DNA of 64,000 nt, taken from contig JBEUKZ010000069.1 of assembly GCA_048128005.1 (NCBI GenBank), forward strand, positions 124,001-188,000, in the 5' to 3' direction. Shown here one piece after another: positions 25,521 to 39,020 of the stretch (the stretch's first letter is position 1; each line of letters opens with the position of its first letter). The position numbers were made by a program, and so were the translations under genes. Below the pieces are notes generated by a model. The model saw only the letters and a list, made by a program, of their open reading frames with translations. It was not told where the DNA came from and did not search any database. The DNA is from Veleropilina oligotropha. Taxonomy: Eukaryota.

Positions 25521-25982
25521 TCTTTTCCTATATATTTTCAAGTGTCTGTCTGTCTGTTTGTTATCGATAGGCGGCCGCACCATTGGACCTACAGAGCTGA
25601 TATTTGGCATGCTCTCCTCATTAGACCCGAGGAGGGACATGGGCTATGCATTTTTTTAGAGGGGGGTCTGTCAGAGGGGGTTAGGGTTAGCGCACCGTTG
25701 GACCTACAGACCTGAGATTTGGCATGGGCTCCCCAATAGACCCGAGGAGGGACATGGGCTATGAATTTTTTTACGGGGTGTCTGTCCGTCCATCCGTCCG
25801 TTTGTTTGTTCTCGATAGGCGGCCGCACCATTAGATCAACAGAGCTGAGATTTGGCACGAGCTCCTCATTAGACCCGAGGAGGGACATGGGCTATGCATT
25901 TTTTTTAGGGGGGGGGGGTTAGGGTTCAGGTTAGGGTTAGCGCCTTTACTTCAACCCGGGCAACGCCGGGTAATCCTGCTAG
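25521..25982 (+). mobile_element. Non-autonomous Helitron
   Basis: A|TC 5' end, (GTCT)n, internal tandem repeats, a 3' hairpin CCCGGGCAACGCCGGG, then CTAG|T. Confidence 0.8.
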
Positions 25983-26399
25983 TGTAACAATAAAAAGCAA
26001 TGGGATTATGGCCAAGCAGGCAATTTCAGTACCGCTATTTCAGTCAATTCTGCGTCTTGAGTACAAAATATTTCTTGTTATTAACCAGTATATTATAGTA
26101 TATTTAATATATTCTATCTTAATAAGAGGAATAAATTACATATGTTTAGTAAATGATTCTGTGTTTCAGAAAAGTGTGTTATTAACAGGAATTTCCCAAT
26201 AACAGATATCTTTTTAAAGTGGAATCTACTGTACAATAATCAGTTCACTTAAATCACTATCATATGTTGTTTTAAAATAATTGTTCAGGGAGTGAGTCTT
26301 GTAATGTTCTATATCTTGTATTGTTCCTAATCAAAATGTAACCACTAATAAAATGTAATATTAAACTGCAAATCACTTTGATTTATTTCCCATAGCAAT

Positions 26400-26575
26400 A
26401 TATTTTATCAAGTGTCAGTCTTATATCGCAGTCGTGAACCCCTACCCTCAGTTTAACATCGTTATCCGATCAGATGTGTATATGTCTACAGCATCCAGCC
26501 AGTATTCAGCATGGTCACCCATCCAAGTACTGATCGGGCTCAGGGTTTTTTATCTTCAATGATCTGGCGGAAATC
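26400..26575 (-). mobile_element. Degenerate 5S rRNA-derived sequence, probably a SINE3 relic
   Basis: Minus strand GCCCGATCAGTACTTGGATGGGTGACC..GAATAC..TGCTGTAGAC matches the 3' half of 5S rRNA. It is followed by TCGGATAACGATGTTAAACTGAGG, which resembles the Deu/Nin SINE domain. Confidence 0.6.
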
Positions 26576-26947
26576 ATTTGGTCGTTGCTCTTACATTTAT
26601 TTATGTGTTTAAGGAAATGTTTCTTGTTTTGGTTTTTAAAATTCGGTGAATTACCGAGATCAGAATTGAATACTGTTTGCATATTGTATAATGTACAGCT
26701 TATATATGCCTTCAAAAAGTCTGCACACCATTGATTCATAGTATGAATGTCGGAATGCCATCGGTTTGCCATTGGGCCAACGTCATTTTGTACGTCGGTT
26801 TATAATCTAAGCCGATATCGGGCCAACATGAAATCGTGTTGCAAAAATAGGGCGGCTCGCCATCGGTCCGCTCAAAATGCCGACGCTGGGCCGATATAGT
26901 TTCCAATATCGGTTTGACATCGGCCCGATGTCCGTATGCTGGCTGGG

Positions 26948-29900
26948 GTGGCAGCATCATCTACAGCCGTGGTAAAGTTGTAGCCGTATCTGCAGCCGTG
27001 GTACAGTGGTAGCCTTATCTGCAGCCGTGGTACAGTGGTAGCCTTATCTGCTGCCGCGGTACAGTGGCAGCCTCATCTGCAGCCGTGGTACAGTTGTAGC
27101 CTTATCTGCAGCCGTGGTACAGTGGTACCCTGAACTGCAGCCGTGGTACAATGGTAACGTTATCTGCAGCCGTGGCACAGTGGTAGCCTCATCTGCAGCC
27201 GTGGTACAGTGGTAGCCTAATCTGCAGCCGTGGTACAGTGGCAGCCTTACCTGCAGCCGTGGTACAGTGGTAGTGCTATCTGCAGCCGTGGTACAGTGGT
27301 AGCCTCATCTGCAGCCGTGGTACAGTGGCAGCCTTATCTGCAGCCGTGGTACAGTGGTAGCCTTATCTGCTGCCGCGGTACAGTGGTAGCCTCATCTGCA
27401 GCCGTGGCACAGTTGCAGCCTCATCTGCAGCCGTGGTACAGTGGTAGCCTCATCTGCAGCCGTGGCACAGTTGCAGCCTCGTCTGCAGCCGTGGTACATT
27501 GGTAGCCTTATCTGCAGCCGTGGTACAGTGGCAGCCTGAACTTCAGCCGTGGTACAGGGGTAGCGTTATCTGCAGTCGTGGTACAGTGGTAGCCTCATCT
27601 GCAGCCGTGGTACAGTGGTAGCCTTATCTGCAGCCGTGGTACAGTGCTAGCATTATCTGCAGCCATGGTACAGTGGTACCCTTATCTACAGCCGTGGTAC
27701 AGTGGTAGCCTCATCTGCAGCCGTGGTACAGTGGTAGCCTTATCTGCAGCCGTGGTACAGTGGTAGCCTTATCTGCAGCCGTGGTACAGTGGTAGCCTTA
27801 TCTGCAGCAGTGGTACAGTGGTAGCCTTATCTGCAACTGTGGTACAGTGGCAGCCTTATCTGCAGCCGTGGTACAATGGTAGCCTTATCTTCAGCCGTGG
27901 TACAGTGGCAGCCTTATTTGCAGCCGATGTACAGTGGTAGCTTTGTCTGCAGCCGTGGTACAGTTGTAGCCTTATCTTCAGCCGTGGCACAGTGTTAGCC
28001 TTGTCTGCAGCTGTGGTACACTGTTAGCCTTGTCTGCAGCCGAGGTACAGTTGCAGCCTTATCTGCAGCCATGGTGCAGTGGTAGCATTATCTGCAGGCG
28101 TGGTACAGTGGCAGCCTTATCTGCAGCCGTGGTACAGTGACAGCCTTATCTGCAGCCGTGGTACAGTGGTAGCCTTATCTGCAGCAGTGGCGCAGTGGTA
28201 GCCTCATCTGCAGCCGTGGCACAGTGGTAGCCTTGTCTGCAGCCGTGGTACAGTGATAGCCTTATCTGCAGCCGTGGTACAGTGGTAGCCTCATCTGCAG
28301 CCATAGTACAGTGGTAGCCTCATCTGCAGCCGTGGCACAGTTGTAGCCTCATCTGCAGCCGTGGTACAGTGGTAGCTTTATCTGCAACCGTGGTACAGTG
28401 GCAGCCTTACCTGCGGCCGTGGTACAGTGGTAACGTTATCTTCAGCCGTGGTACAGTGGCAGCTTTATCTGCAGCTGTGGTACAGTGGTAGCCTTATCTG
28501 CTGCCGCGGTACAGTAGCAGCCTTTTCTGCAGCAGTGGTACAGTGGTAGCCTCATCTGCAGCTGTGGTACAGTTGTAGCCTTATCTGCAGCCGTGGTACA
28601 GTGGCAGCCTGAACTGCAGCCGTGGTACAGTGGTAACGTTATCTGCAGCCGTGGTAAAGTGGTAGCCTCATCTTCAGCCTTGGTACAGTGGTAGCCTAAT
28701 CTGCAGCCGTGGTACAGTGGTAGCTTTATCTGCAGCCGTGGTACAGTGGCAGCCTTACCTGCAACCGTGGTACAGTGGTAGCGCTATCTGCAGCCGTGGT
28801 ACAGTGGTAGCCTCATCTGCAGCCGTGGTACAGTGGCAGCCTTACCTGCAACCATGGTACAGTGGTAGCGCTATCTGCAGCTGTGGTACAGTGGTAGCCT
28901 CATCTGCAGCCGTGGTACAGTGGCAGCCTTATCTGCAACCGTGGTACAGTGGTAGCCTTATCTGCTGCCGCGGTACAGTGGTAGCCTCATCTGCAGCCGT
29001 GGCACAGTTGTAGCCTCATCTGCAGCCGTGGTACAGTGGTAGCCTTATCTGCAGCCGTGGTACAGTGGCAGCCTGAACTGCAGCCGTGGTACAGGGGTAG
29101 CGTTATATGCAGTCGTGGTACAGTGGTAGCCTCATCTGCAGCCGTGGTACAGTGGTAGCCTTATCTGCAGCCGTGGTACATTGGTAGCGTTATCTGCATC
29201 CGTGATACAGTGCTAGCCTTATCTGCAGCCATGGTACAGTGGTAGCCTTATCTGCAGCCGTAATACAGTTGTAGCCTTATCTACAGCCGTGGCACACTGG
29301 TAGCCTTGTCTGCAGCCGTGGTACAGTTGCAGCCTTATCTGCAGCCGTGGTGCAGTGGCAGCAATATCTGCAGCCGTGGTACAGTGGCGGCCTTATCTGC
29401 AGCCGTGGTACAGTGGCAGCCTTATCTGCAGCCGTGGTACAGTGGTAGCCGTATCTGCAGCTGTGGTACAGTGGTAGCCTTATCTGCAGCCGTGGTGCAG
29501 TTGTAGCCTTATCTGCAGCCGTGGTACAGTGGTAGCCTTATCTGCAGCCGTGGTACAGTGGTAGCCTTATTTGCAGCCATGGTACAGTGGTAGCCTTGTC
29601 TGCAGCCATGGTACAGTGGTAGCCTTATCTGCAGCCATGGTACAGTGGTAACCTTATCTGCAGCTGTCGTACAGTGGTAGCCTCATCTGCAGCTGTGGTA
29701 CCATGGTAGCCTTATCTGCAGCCATGGTACAGTGGTAGCCTTATCTGCAGCCATGGTACAGTGGTAGCCTTATCTGCAGCCGTGGTACAGTGGTAGCCTC
29801 ATCTGCAGCTGTGGTACAGTGGCACCCTTATCTGCATCCGTGGTACAGTGGTAGCCTTATCGGCAGCCATGGTACAGTGGTAGCCTTATCTGCAGCTGTG

Positions 29901-31439
29901 GTACAGTGGTAGCCTTATCTGCAGCCATGGTACAGTGGTAGCCTCATATGCAGCTGTGGTACAGTGGTAGCCTCATCTGCAGCCATGGTACAGTGGTAGC
30001 CTTATCTGCAGCTGTGGTACAATGGTAGCCTTATCTGCAGCTGTGGTACAGTGGTAGCCTCATCGGCAGCTGTGGTACAGTGGTAGCCTCATCTGCAGCC
30101 GTGGTACAGTGGCAGCCTTATCTGCAGCTGTGGTACAATGGTAGCCTTATCGGCAGCTGTGGTACAGTGGTAGCCTTATCTGCAGCCATGGTACAGTGGT
30201 AGCCTTATCTGCAGCCATGGTACAGTGATAGCCTTATCTGCAGCCGTGGTACAGTGGTAGCCTTATCTGCAGCCATGGTACAATGGTAGCCTTATCTGCA
30301 GCTGTGGTACAGTGGTAGCCTTATCTGCAGCCATGGTACAGTGGCAGCCTTATCTGCAGCCATGGTACAGTGGTAGCCTTATCTGCAGCCATGGTACAGT
30401 GGTAGCATTATCTGCAGCCATGGTACAGTGGTAGCCTTATCTGCAGTCATGGTACAATGGTAGCCTTATCTGCAGCTGTGGTACAGTGGTAGCCTTATCT
30501 GCAGCCATGGTACAGTGGCAGCCTTATCTGCAGCCATGGTACAGTGGCACCCTTATCTGCAGCCATGGTACAGTGGTAGCCTTATCTGTAGCCATGGTAC
30601 AGTGGTAGCCTTATCTGCAGCCATGGTACAGTGGCAGCCTTATATGCAGCCATGGTACAGTGGTAGCCTTATCTGCAGCCATGGTACAGTGATAGCATTA
30701 TCTGCAGCCATGGTACAGTGGTAGCCTTATCTGCAGCCATGGTACAATGGTAGCCTTATCTGCAGCTGTGGTACAGTGATAGCCTTATCTGCATCCGTGG
30801 TACAATGGTAGCCTTATCTGCAGCTGTGGTACAGTGGTAGCCTTATCTGCAGCCATGATACAGTGGTAGCCTTATCTGCAGCCATGGTACAGTGGTAGCC
30901 TTATCTGCAGCCATGGTACAGTGGCAGCCTTATCTGCAGCTGTGGTACAGTGGTAGCCTTATCTGCAGCCGTGGTACAATGGTAGCCTTATCTGCAGCTG
31001 TGGTACAGTGGTAGCCTTATATGCAGCCGTGGTACAGTGGTAGCTTTATCTGCAGCTGTGTTAGAGTGGTGGCCTTATCTGCAGCTGTGGTACAGTGGCA
31101 GCCTATATGTAGCCGTGGTACAGTGGTAGCGTTATCTGCAGCCGTGGTACAGTGGTAGCCTTATCTGCAGCCTTGGTACAGTGGTAGCCTTATCTGCAGC
31201 AGTGGTACAGTGGTAGCCTTATCTGCAACTGTGGTACAGTGGCAGCCTTATCTGCAGCCGTGGTACAATGGTAGCCTTATCTTCAGCCGTGGTACAGTGG
31301 CAGCCTTATCTGCAGCCGATGTACAGTGGTAGCTTTGTCTGCAGCCGTGGTACAGTTGTAGCCTTATCTTCAGCCGTGGCACAGTGGCAGCCTTGTCTGC
31401 AGCCGTGGTACAGTGGCAGCCTTATCTGCAGCCGTGGTA
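26948..31439. repeat. 29-bp tandem array, right block (about 155 units)
   Basis: Same unit and orientation as the left block, resuming in register after the TIR element. Confidence 0.97.
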
Positions 31440-33745
31440 GATGCACCCATAAACCTTATCAGTGACAGCTTACAAAAACAAACTTCATGTGGATTGCACT
31501 TTCAATTAGGGGCAGTTAGTCATGTGGTATTGTCACTCTGGCGGCACGTGATTGGGTGAGCCGATTATAGCTGATTAGGTTATCTTCACATTAGACTGTG
31601 ATAATACTTATCGAGTGCATTGGTCAGTAATCCATTTTGCTATGAATCTCCTACAATATAAATGGATATCAAAGGTGCGTTCTACATAAACAACATTTGA
31701 AAAATGTTATTTATAAATTTCGATATTGTTGTCTTTTAAAAACATTGGCTTTGATTGAATTATATCGCATAACGCAGTTATATAAAACAAGTAAATAACG
31801 CATCATCGCTTGAGAATTAGACTGTTCTATGTCCAATTTTGGTCAACATTGAGTTATTGGTCTTGACGGCATCCGAACAGTATATTTTATCTCCTGTTGT
31901 TATTAATTATATTCAAAGTTACTGTTTTCTGACTCAGAAACAGGTTGTTCGAAGTCCAGTTTGAAATAGTTTATGGCATTTAGTCATTCACCAATCAGAT
32001 GGATGGATTAACATCATGTGACGTTGGAGATAGAACAATCTATGAATAAGATTACGTGTATATCTTGACTCTGCGGTAGACCATAACCGATACAGGCGTG
32101 TAATATACACAGGTTATATCTTTCATTATACCTTGTTATGATCCATATGCACGTTCCTGTTGCAACATCATATTTCATAACAGGGAAAATAAGCGCTATT
32201 TTAACTATATTAATCAATGCAAATGGACATATAACAGCATAGATCTAACAAAAGTGCATGTGTTTATAACAAATATTTTGTATGGCCAACCAATAAATCG
32301 TCATTACTATACCAAACATAATACTATTTTTGGTGTAGTTAAGAACTAATAATATTAAGTGACCTGTCTTTGTGGTAAATGCGGATTAACATATAACTCA
32401 TATGTGGTGAAATTATTATTTTAAGATGAGCCAAATCTTTGAACGCCGATTTCTCCTATTCAACAAATATGAACATAGAACAGTATAATTATCAGGCGAC
32501 GGCATGACGATGTGTAATGACAACCCTCAATTGGGCCATGCATATTTGCTCGATTCACAAGTAAACTTGGATTAAAAGATTACGAAATGGATGTACATTA
32601 ATGAATGCACATACTAATCTACACATGCAACTAAATCATGCTTTTCTGTAACTCTTTTCGAAGAAATAAAATGGGAAAGTCTATCATATCGGCGTCATAA
32701 ACATCAATTAACAAATGGTCAACTACACCGCCCTACTCCCAAATATTAATTCCACTCATAAATCAAATATTTGTTTTAACTATTAAATTTAATTCCTAGT
32801 GCCAGAGTGAAAGTTTATCCCCGAAAATATCAAGACAATTGCTCACTCCATTCCTTGAAATCGTAATTAAATAGGAATGCTGTCACTCGACCACGATATT
32901 ATTTATTGGGGGTTATACTTCAATCATTTTTCTCTGTGTTAATTACTCAATGTCTGATAAAAGATATAGCTATAAATAAGAATCATTATTGTTGTTAAAT
33001 TACCATTGTGCATTTTGCAATTTAATATAATATATGCACATTTAATTGTAATAAATATTGTTCAAAACAATATTCCTATAGGCATAACCTTTGAGGTCAA
33101 CAAACGTACGTTTGAAGTCAACAAACGTGCGTTTGATACAAACTAGGCATGTTTCGGCAAGTGTATATTAACAGGTTACTGCAAAATATAAATATACGCA
33201 GATGTTTGCTTTAAAACATGAAGTAAAATGAGACAACAAACATATTGTTTCGATCAGGTGATAATAAGTTTTCATCTAAAGAATCCGGTCACCATTGTAT
33301 ATAATAGTGACCACTGGAATGGCTCGATGTTGCTTAAATTTGGTGATATGCTGACAACCAGTGTATTCAATATGATTTGGTCTGTGTCGGAAAATCGGAT
33401 GGGCATATGTTTGCTACATATATTATTGTAACTATTAGCATATTTTCTCTTAAAACGTTTATACTAAAACGCACACATACAATGATATAAGTAGCCCTGA
33501 ATAAACAAATATTTTATTATTGTTGGTGCGATACCAGTACGAGTCATAATAATCTGACACAGACAATAAATATCGGTGGCTCAGGCAGAGATATACAACT
33601 GGAATAATTATTAACATTGGTCAACCATACACAATCATAACAATGCAATTGCATGCAATTAAGCAACGCTTTGCTCGCCGATTTAGCATATGACCGAATT
33701 GTGCGCATGTTGTTTTCGTGGCTGTGTGGATAACAAGTATAGGTA

Positions 33746-34300
33746 ATGCCTATGTCACAAATACACCGGTCGCCGTGCGATGGAGGATAATCGTACGGCG
33801 TCCCGGCTCCCCCGACATCGGGGAAGAATCGTACGTTTCTGGAAAAAATCTGTGCCATGGTCACATTAGATACGGTGCCCGTACGGGATAACACAATTTT
33901 GCCGCCGGTCAAATCGTGCGAACATCGTAAGATTACATTACGATTTCCGTAAGGTCACCCTGCGACCCCCGTACGGTCACCCTACAACTTTCGCATTTTG
34001 TCCTGACATCGTAAGGATGCCGTGCGGATGCCCTACGAGCTCCCTACGATTTCTTACGGAGAAAGGTAACCACAAGGCGTCCTTGCGGTATGCCTGCGAT
34101 TAGTTCCTGATTTCAAAATCGTACGATTTTCTAAAAATTATAACTCCGCGTTAAAAGTTGCCGATGACCCTACGATGCCCCCAAAATCGGGAAAATGTCT
34201 CCGATGTCCGCAGGATGTCGCCGATGCCCGTACGACATCTTAAAAAACACACATCATACGGGCGCCGTATTCGCTTACGATGTATTTGTGACATAGGCAT
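33746..34300. mobile_element. MITE, PIF/Harbinger-like or TA-target type
   Basis: Perfect TIR (TA)ATGCCTATGTCACAAATACA ... TGTATTTGTGACATAGGCAT(TA). The interior is GC-rich with repeated CGTACG/TACGAT motifs. Confidence 0.8.
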
Positions 34301-36039
34301 TAGATGGCGGATTTTAGCGTCATATCAAAATAGAAGGCAAGTCCATAGGACGAGCTTACTTTTGTATAAGGGGCAACAATATGCCGTCCAACCATTACTA
34401 TGGCCTATGAATCAACAAGTCATTTGTGCCATTTTAATCGTTGCGGTGTCCTGGTGAACAGCTGTAGCAAAGCACCCGATTAACATTATAATATTATATA
34501 TTCAAAGCAAATAACGGACTCGACGACGAAAACCAATTCACGGATCATTTTGTGTTGAATCGAATCGCTAACCACAACTCGGTTTACAGTGAATTATCTT
34601 GCATATGAATTGTTGCGTACCAGGGCACCGTGGATATTGGTCAACAATGTTTGTTATTTATTTATTTGACGTTTTATGCATTTATATATTTACTGTTTAA
34701 ATATATTTTCAAAATGTAAATTTATTGATAAATTATGTATTAGTGTAGGCCCTATATTATCATGCATCTACTGTTATTACACGGAAGTGTTACAATTTGT
34801 GGCATTTGCTTAGTGATTTTATATGATTGGCATGACAGTTTCTAAGAGCACACCCGTCGGCTTAGCTAAGCTAATAGTCCAGTCAATTTAACATTTTGCC
34901 TGGGAAATATTGCAACATAATTTATTTTGGCGCTAATCCATGCTATAGATGTGTTATAACAACATACTAAAAATCTAAGAAAATCTAAGTTTCGGAAAAT
35001 ACCAAATTTAGCGATTAAAATAGCGAAATGGGCTAGTATTTTCTATGCAGGTGATGATGAAATCAAATCACAACTCTCATTCCTGATATCATATCCACAT
35101 TGTCTAATAATTTATACTATTTCTACCTATTGTTCCGTCGTATGTTCGCCTTGCACCGTTATTAATAATGGATAATATTTCAATTGATATATATTCATTG
35201 AACGTAATAGCGCTAAATAATAGCGAAAAACATTAAAGTAAGGAAGGCACAAATGTTTATAATTATGGACAAATGCATTAATATGTAATAAATTGTCTGT
35301 GGAAAGTACCAAATTGGGTGAAAGGGTAGATCGATGTAGGATTATTAAATTATTATGTGACATAATTTCTACAAATATAGAAAATTTCTTTCTTGATATG
35401 ATTGTGTTGACCGACATATTCTAAAAATGCTCATGATCTGCACTCAGCGGAATACTGATACCAACAGGTAATAATCCAAAGCAAAGGAAATACTCTAAAA
35501 AAAATCAAAATTAAATTACAATCATATCCTCACAAAGTCATATAACAGTAATGGTCGCTACAATTATCTCCACGACAATATAAAACGAGACATTAATTAA
35601 GGATACTTATCCGACATATTTTGATATTTCATATGGGGAAAACAACCATTAATACATTCCTGGTAGTTCAAGTTGCGGAACTTTCTATAAACAATATTCT
35701 CTAGTCGAAATTTTAACGTCTGGGCAGCATCAATTGGACAAACAATTTATATCAAGCTGCTAAACCGCTTTTAAATAAAGCGTGCAACTTCAGCATCACA
35801 TTTCGTCGAAATCTTAAATCGACATAGAAGCAGTTTAGGATAATGTTCATCATATCTTGTTTCGAAACTTTTATGGCAATAGTGCAAAGTACCAATATTC
35901 GTGATCTTGTTGCGACTGAGGTTTTGCAGTATTTTCAGGACAACTTATACTACAATATGTCAGGACACGAGACTCTGTTGTCTTCTCATATGTAAACATT
36001 TTCTTCCATTCGTTATATCATCAACATCAAGTCACGCAA

Positions 36040-36830
36040 AATATTTAGATCTTCCAAATACGGTCTGATTTTCGTTGCACTGTTCAGCCCGGTCAGTAGC
36101 CAGTCGAAGAAAGTCAGAGACCGGTACCCTTGTGAGGCTACTCCGTAAGTTATTTGTCACAAAATAAGGTCTCTGGGAACCAGTTTCGGATGTTGCACAC
36201 AACGTCCTGCCAGTCGAAGTCTTCTTTTTTTGTTATAAAAGAGATTCAACGAATACTATTTCCATACATGATATCATTTCTGACCCTATCACACTACGAA
36301 ACTTTGAGGATCACCCGGAGCATATTTGTATAGCAGATTTATATAGATACACCCTTGTGCTGTAGTAAGCTTGTATGCTTCATTTTGCTTATATTGTCAT
36401 TTTGGAGTCATCGGCAGATTGACACAGGTTTATGAGACCGTGAAGTCTCCATGCTTTTGCCTTCCTCATTTTAATGTCCCTTTCTGTCGAGCTGATGAAC
36501 GATCCAAGATACTTAAAATCCCCATTGACTTCCAGTGTGGAGCCATTTTTGGCTCAGAGCATCCTCATTGATGTTGAATACCATCACTTATGTTCTGTCT
36601 TCTTGGCATTAAAGTGAAGGCATCCACACTGGGGAGCAGTTCCTGATCTTTCTTGACACAAGTACAATGTCGTCTGCGGAGTCGAAGTCAGCTTTATCAC
36701 TCCAGCAATCCGTCTGCTCCTCCTTGGTGGTGATTGCGAAACATAATTATTCCTATTTCCGAACGATAGCATGACATAGGACGATAATAAAGAGGTAGTA
36801 CTGGGAAATATATCAAAACCATTCTGAGTT
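36040..36830 (-). mobile_element. Heavily decayed RTE-clade LINE fragment
   Basis: Shifted minus frames give YLFIIVL, PRRSRR, DFDSADDIVL, LHFNAKKTE, DFKYLGSFISSTE, DIKMRKAKAWR, RRLRLAGRCVQHP. Confidence 0.7.
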
Positions 36831-37401
36831 AGCTTTTGAGAAGCTCGTTGATAATAATATAGATGATCATTTACAAAGACAGAAGACTTGCTTTGTAAAT
36901 CTGTTTTGCCATTGCGGTTATCAATCCCTTGATTTTCAGGATCTATGCATACAAGGAGATCGCCCAGATTGGTCGTCAGCTGTATTCGCGATCGCCATGA
37001 ACCCTAGTTACTTGTCATGTATCTATTCTCCACTCTAGTTTGTTCGTTCACATGCTTTCCGCATTAATACAACACATGTTGTCAGATTGAACAACCTTTG
37101 TCAATTATAGACAACGAACAGCCAACCAATGGCATAAAACCAACTGTTCTTCATATACGGGAAATTCATGACGAAATTAGACATCTCATGGATGGGTCTA
37201 GATTTCTGGAGATACTGGAACTGGTGTATGAACCGGACGTGCTTGTGATTGTGCCGTCGTGGCATAGTGATAAGATCATAGAACTTACAAGATATTTCAA
37301 GTATTAACATATTACGATTATAAATAATGTCAATAACTTATAATTTTTGCTTCGTCTATTATTGTGGTCTATGTTCATGATAAATATATTGCATATGGAC
37401 T

Positions 37402-37521
37402 GTATACAAATGTATAAATGTATAAATGTATAAATGTATAAATGTATAAATGTATAAATGTATAAATGTATAAATGTATAAATGTATAAAAATGTATAAA
37501 TGTAAAAATGTAAAATGTATA
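37402..37521. repeat. (TATAAATG)n 8-bp tandem repeat
   Basis: Read directly from the sequence. Confidence 0.95.
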
Positions 37522-37559
37522 AATTACGTTTCCTTGAAAAATGATTGCTGCTTTTTTAT

Positions 37560-39020
37560 AAAAATCTTGAAAAATTAAACGATTCGTCATTTTTCTTCTC
37601 GTTCCCCTTTTTAAAGGAGATATATTGTTTGTTATGCATTGGCCAATTCAAATACAGTAAATTAATATTATAAATTACTTTGTTAGGACATTATAAAGTC
37701 TATGGAATTATACCATTAGTAACCCAATATAATCTTATATACTAGTTTTCTTTTAAATTAAAAAAATTAATCCTGAAAATAAAAACGGCGCAATTTCTGG
37801 GTAGTGTGTTTACAAATTCATGAAAAACATTAATTTCCGTTCACAGTTTTGTCTTTTATTTTGTATATGATGTCCATCATATTTCCCCCTAAGCAAAAAC
37901 GTAAAATATAATTGCTTTTATTAATGAAATATTTGAGAAAAGTCATATATTTCGGATTTTCCTTTATTTTTTAGGGGGTGAGCATATTGTTTTCGTATAT
38001 CTACCTCTATTGCAAACAATAACTTAAACGTAAACGTTCTTTTAGGTCGGGAATTGTAATACCTTCCTAACGATACCATTTATAATCCCATATAATATCG
38101 TATACTAGTTTTATATGACTAACAAAGGTGCCGCCCATAAAATATAATACCCGTAATTTCCGGTAGGTGTGTTCACAAATACATGGATATAATAATTTTG
38201 GTACATAGTTCAGTCTTTCATTTTTTTAAACGATGTCCATAACATGTCTCCCTAAGCAAAAATGTAAAAAGTAATTGTTTTTATTAAATAGATATTTTTA
38301 AAAAAGTAAATGATTCGTCATTCAATTAAGATTTTCCTTCATTTTTTATGGGGTGAGCATATTTTTTCTCGCATATCTACCGCTATTACAAAACAATAAC
38401 TTAAACTTAAAATTACTTTTTAGGTCGGGAATTGTAATACTTTCATATTGATACCATTTCTAATCCCATATAATATCGTATAATAGTTTTCCTTGACTTA
38501 CAAATGTGCCGCCAAGAAAATTTAATAGCCGAAATTTCCGGTAGATGTGTTCACAAATATCGGAATAAAAATAATTTTCGAAAATAGCTCTGACTTATAT
38601 TTTGTATATGATATCCATGATATGTCACTCTAAGCTTAAACGTAAACAAATATTTGCTTTTGTTGGAAACATATTTAAAAAAAGTAAATGATTCGTAGTT
38701 TATTTAAATTTTTCTTTCATTTTTAGGGGGTGAGCATATGCTTATATTGCTTATAATATATCTACCGATTTACAAACAATAACTTAAACTTCAAACCAAT
38801 TTTTAGATCGGGTAATGCAATATCTTTCGTATGATACCATGACTATTCCCACATAATATCATATATTAGTTTCCATTAACGTATACAAGTCCCTCTGAGA
38901 CAATTTAATAGCGGTAATTTCCGATGGGTGGGTTAACAAATTCCGGAAAAAAATTATTTCCGAAAATATGTCAGTCTTAGATTTTTAATATGATGCCCAG
39001 CATACGTTCCTCTAAATAAA
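37560..39020. repeat. Degenerate ~375-bp tandem repeat, about 4 copies
   Basis: GGGGTGAGCATAT recurs at about 37975, 38350 and 38727. GATGTCCAT-like words recur at about 37869, 38232, 38610 and 38992. Confidence 0.8.

Larger units (their letters stand above)
19219..26947 (+). mobile_element. 7.7-kb TIR DNA transposon, EnSpm/CMC-like, apparently non-autonomous
   Basis: Left end CCCAGCCAGCACACTGATATCGGGCCGATATC; right end reverse complement CCCAGCCAGCATACGGACATCGGGCCGATGTC. Subterminal ATCGG(G/C)CCGA repeats occur at both ends. A 2-bp GT duplication (19217-18 and 26948-49) falls within one satellite unit. Confidence 0.88.

Noticed and set aside
25918..25940. TTAGGG-like repeats as an interstitial telomere
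   Set aside because: There are only 3-4 imperfect units, and they are part of the internal repeat of the non-autonomous Helitron.
16964..31439. 29-bp repeat as a CRISPR array
   Set aside because: Units are contiguous with no unique spacers, there are no cas genes, and the context is eukaryotic.
17248..31465. Repetitive ORFs (VVQWQPYLQPWYSGS, MRLPLYH) as a repeat protein gene
   Set aside because: The unit length of 29 is not a multiple of 3, so reading cycles through frames and hits the TAG in GGTAGCC unless mutated. No splice or codon evidence supports coding.
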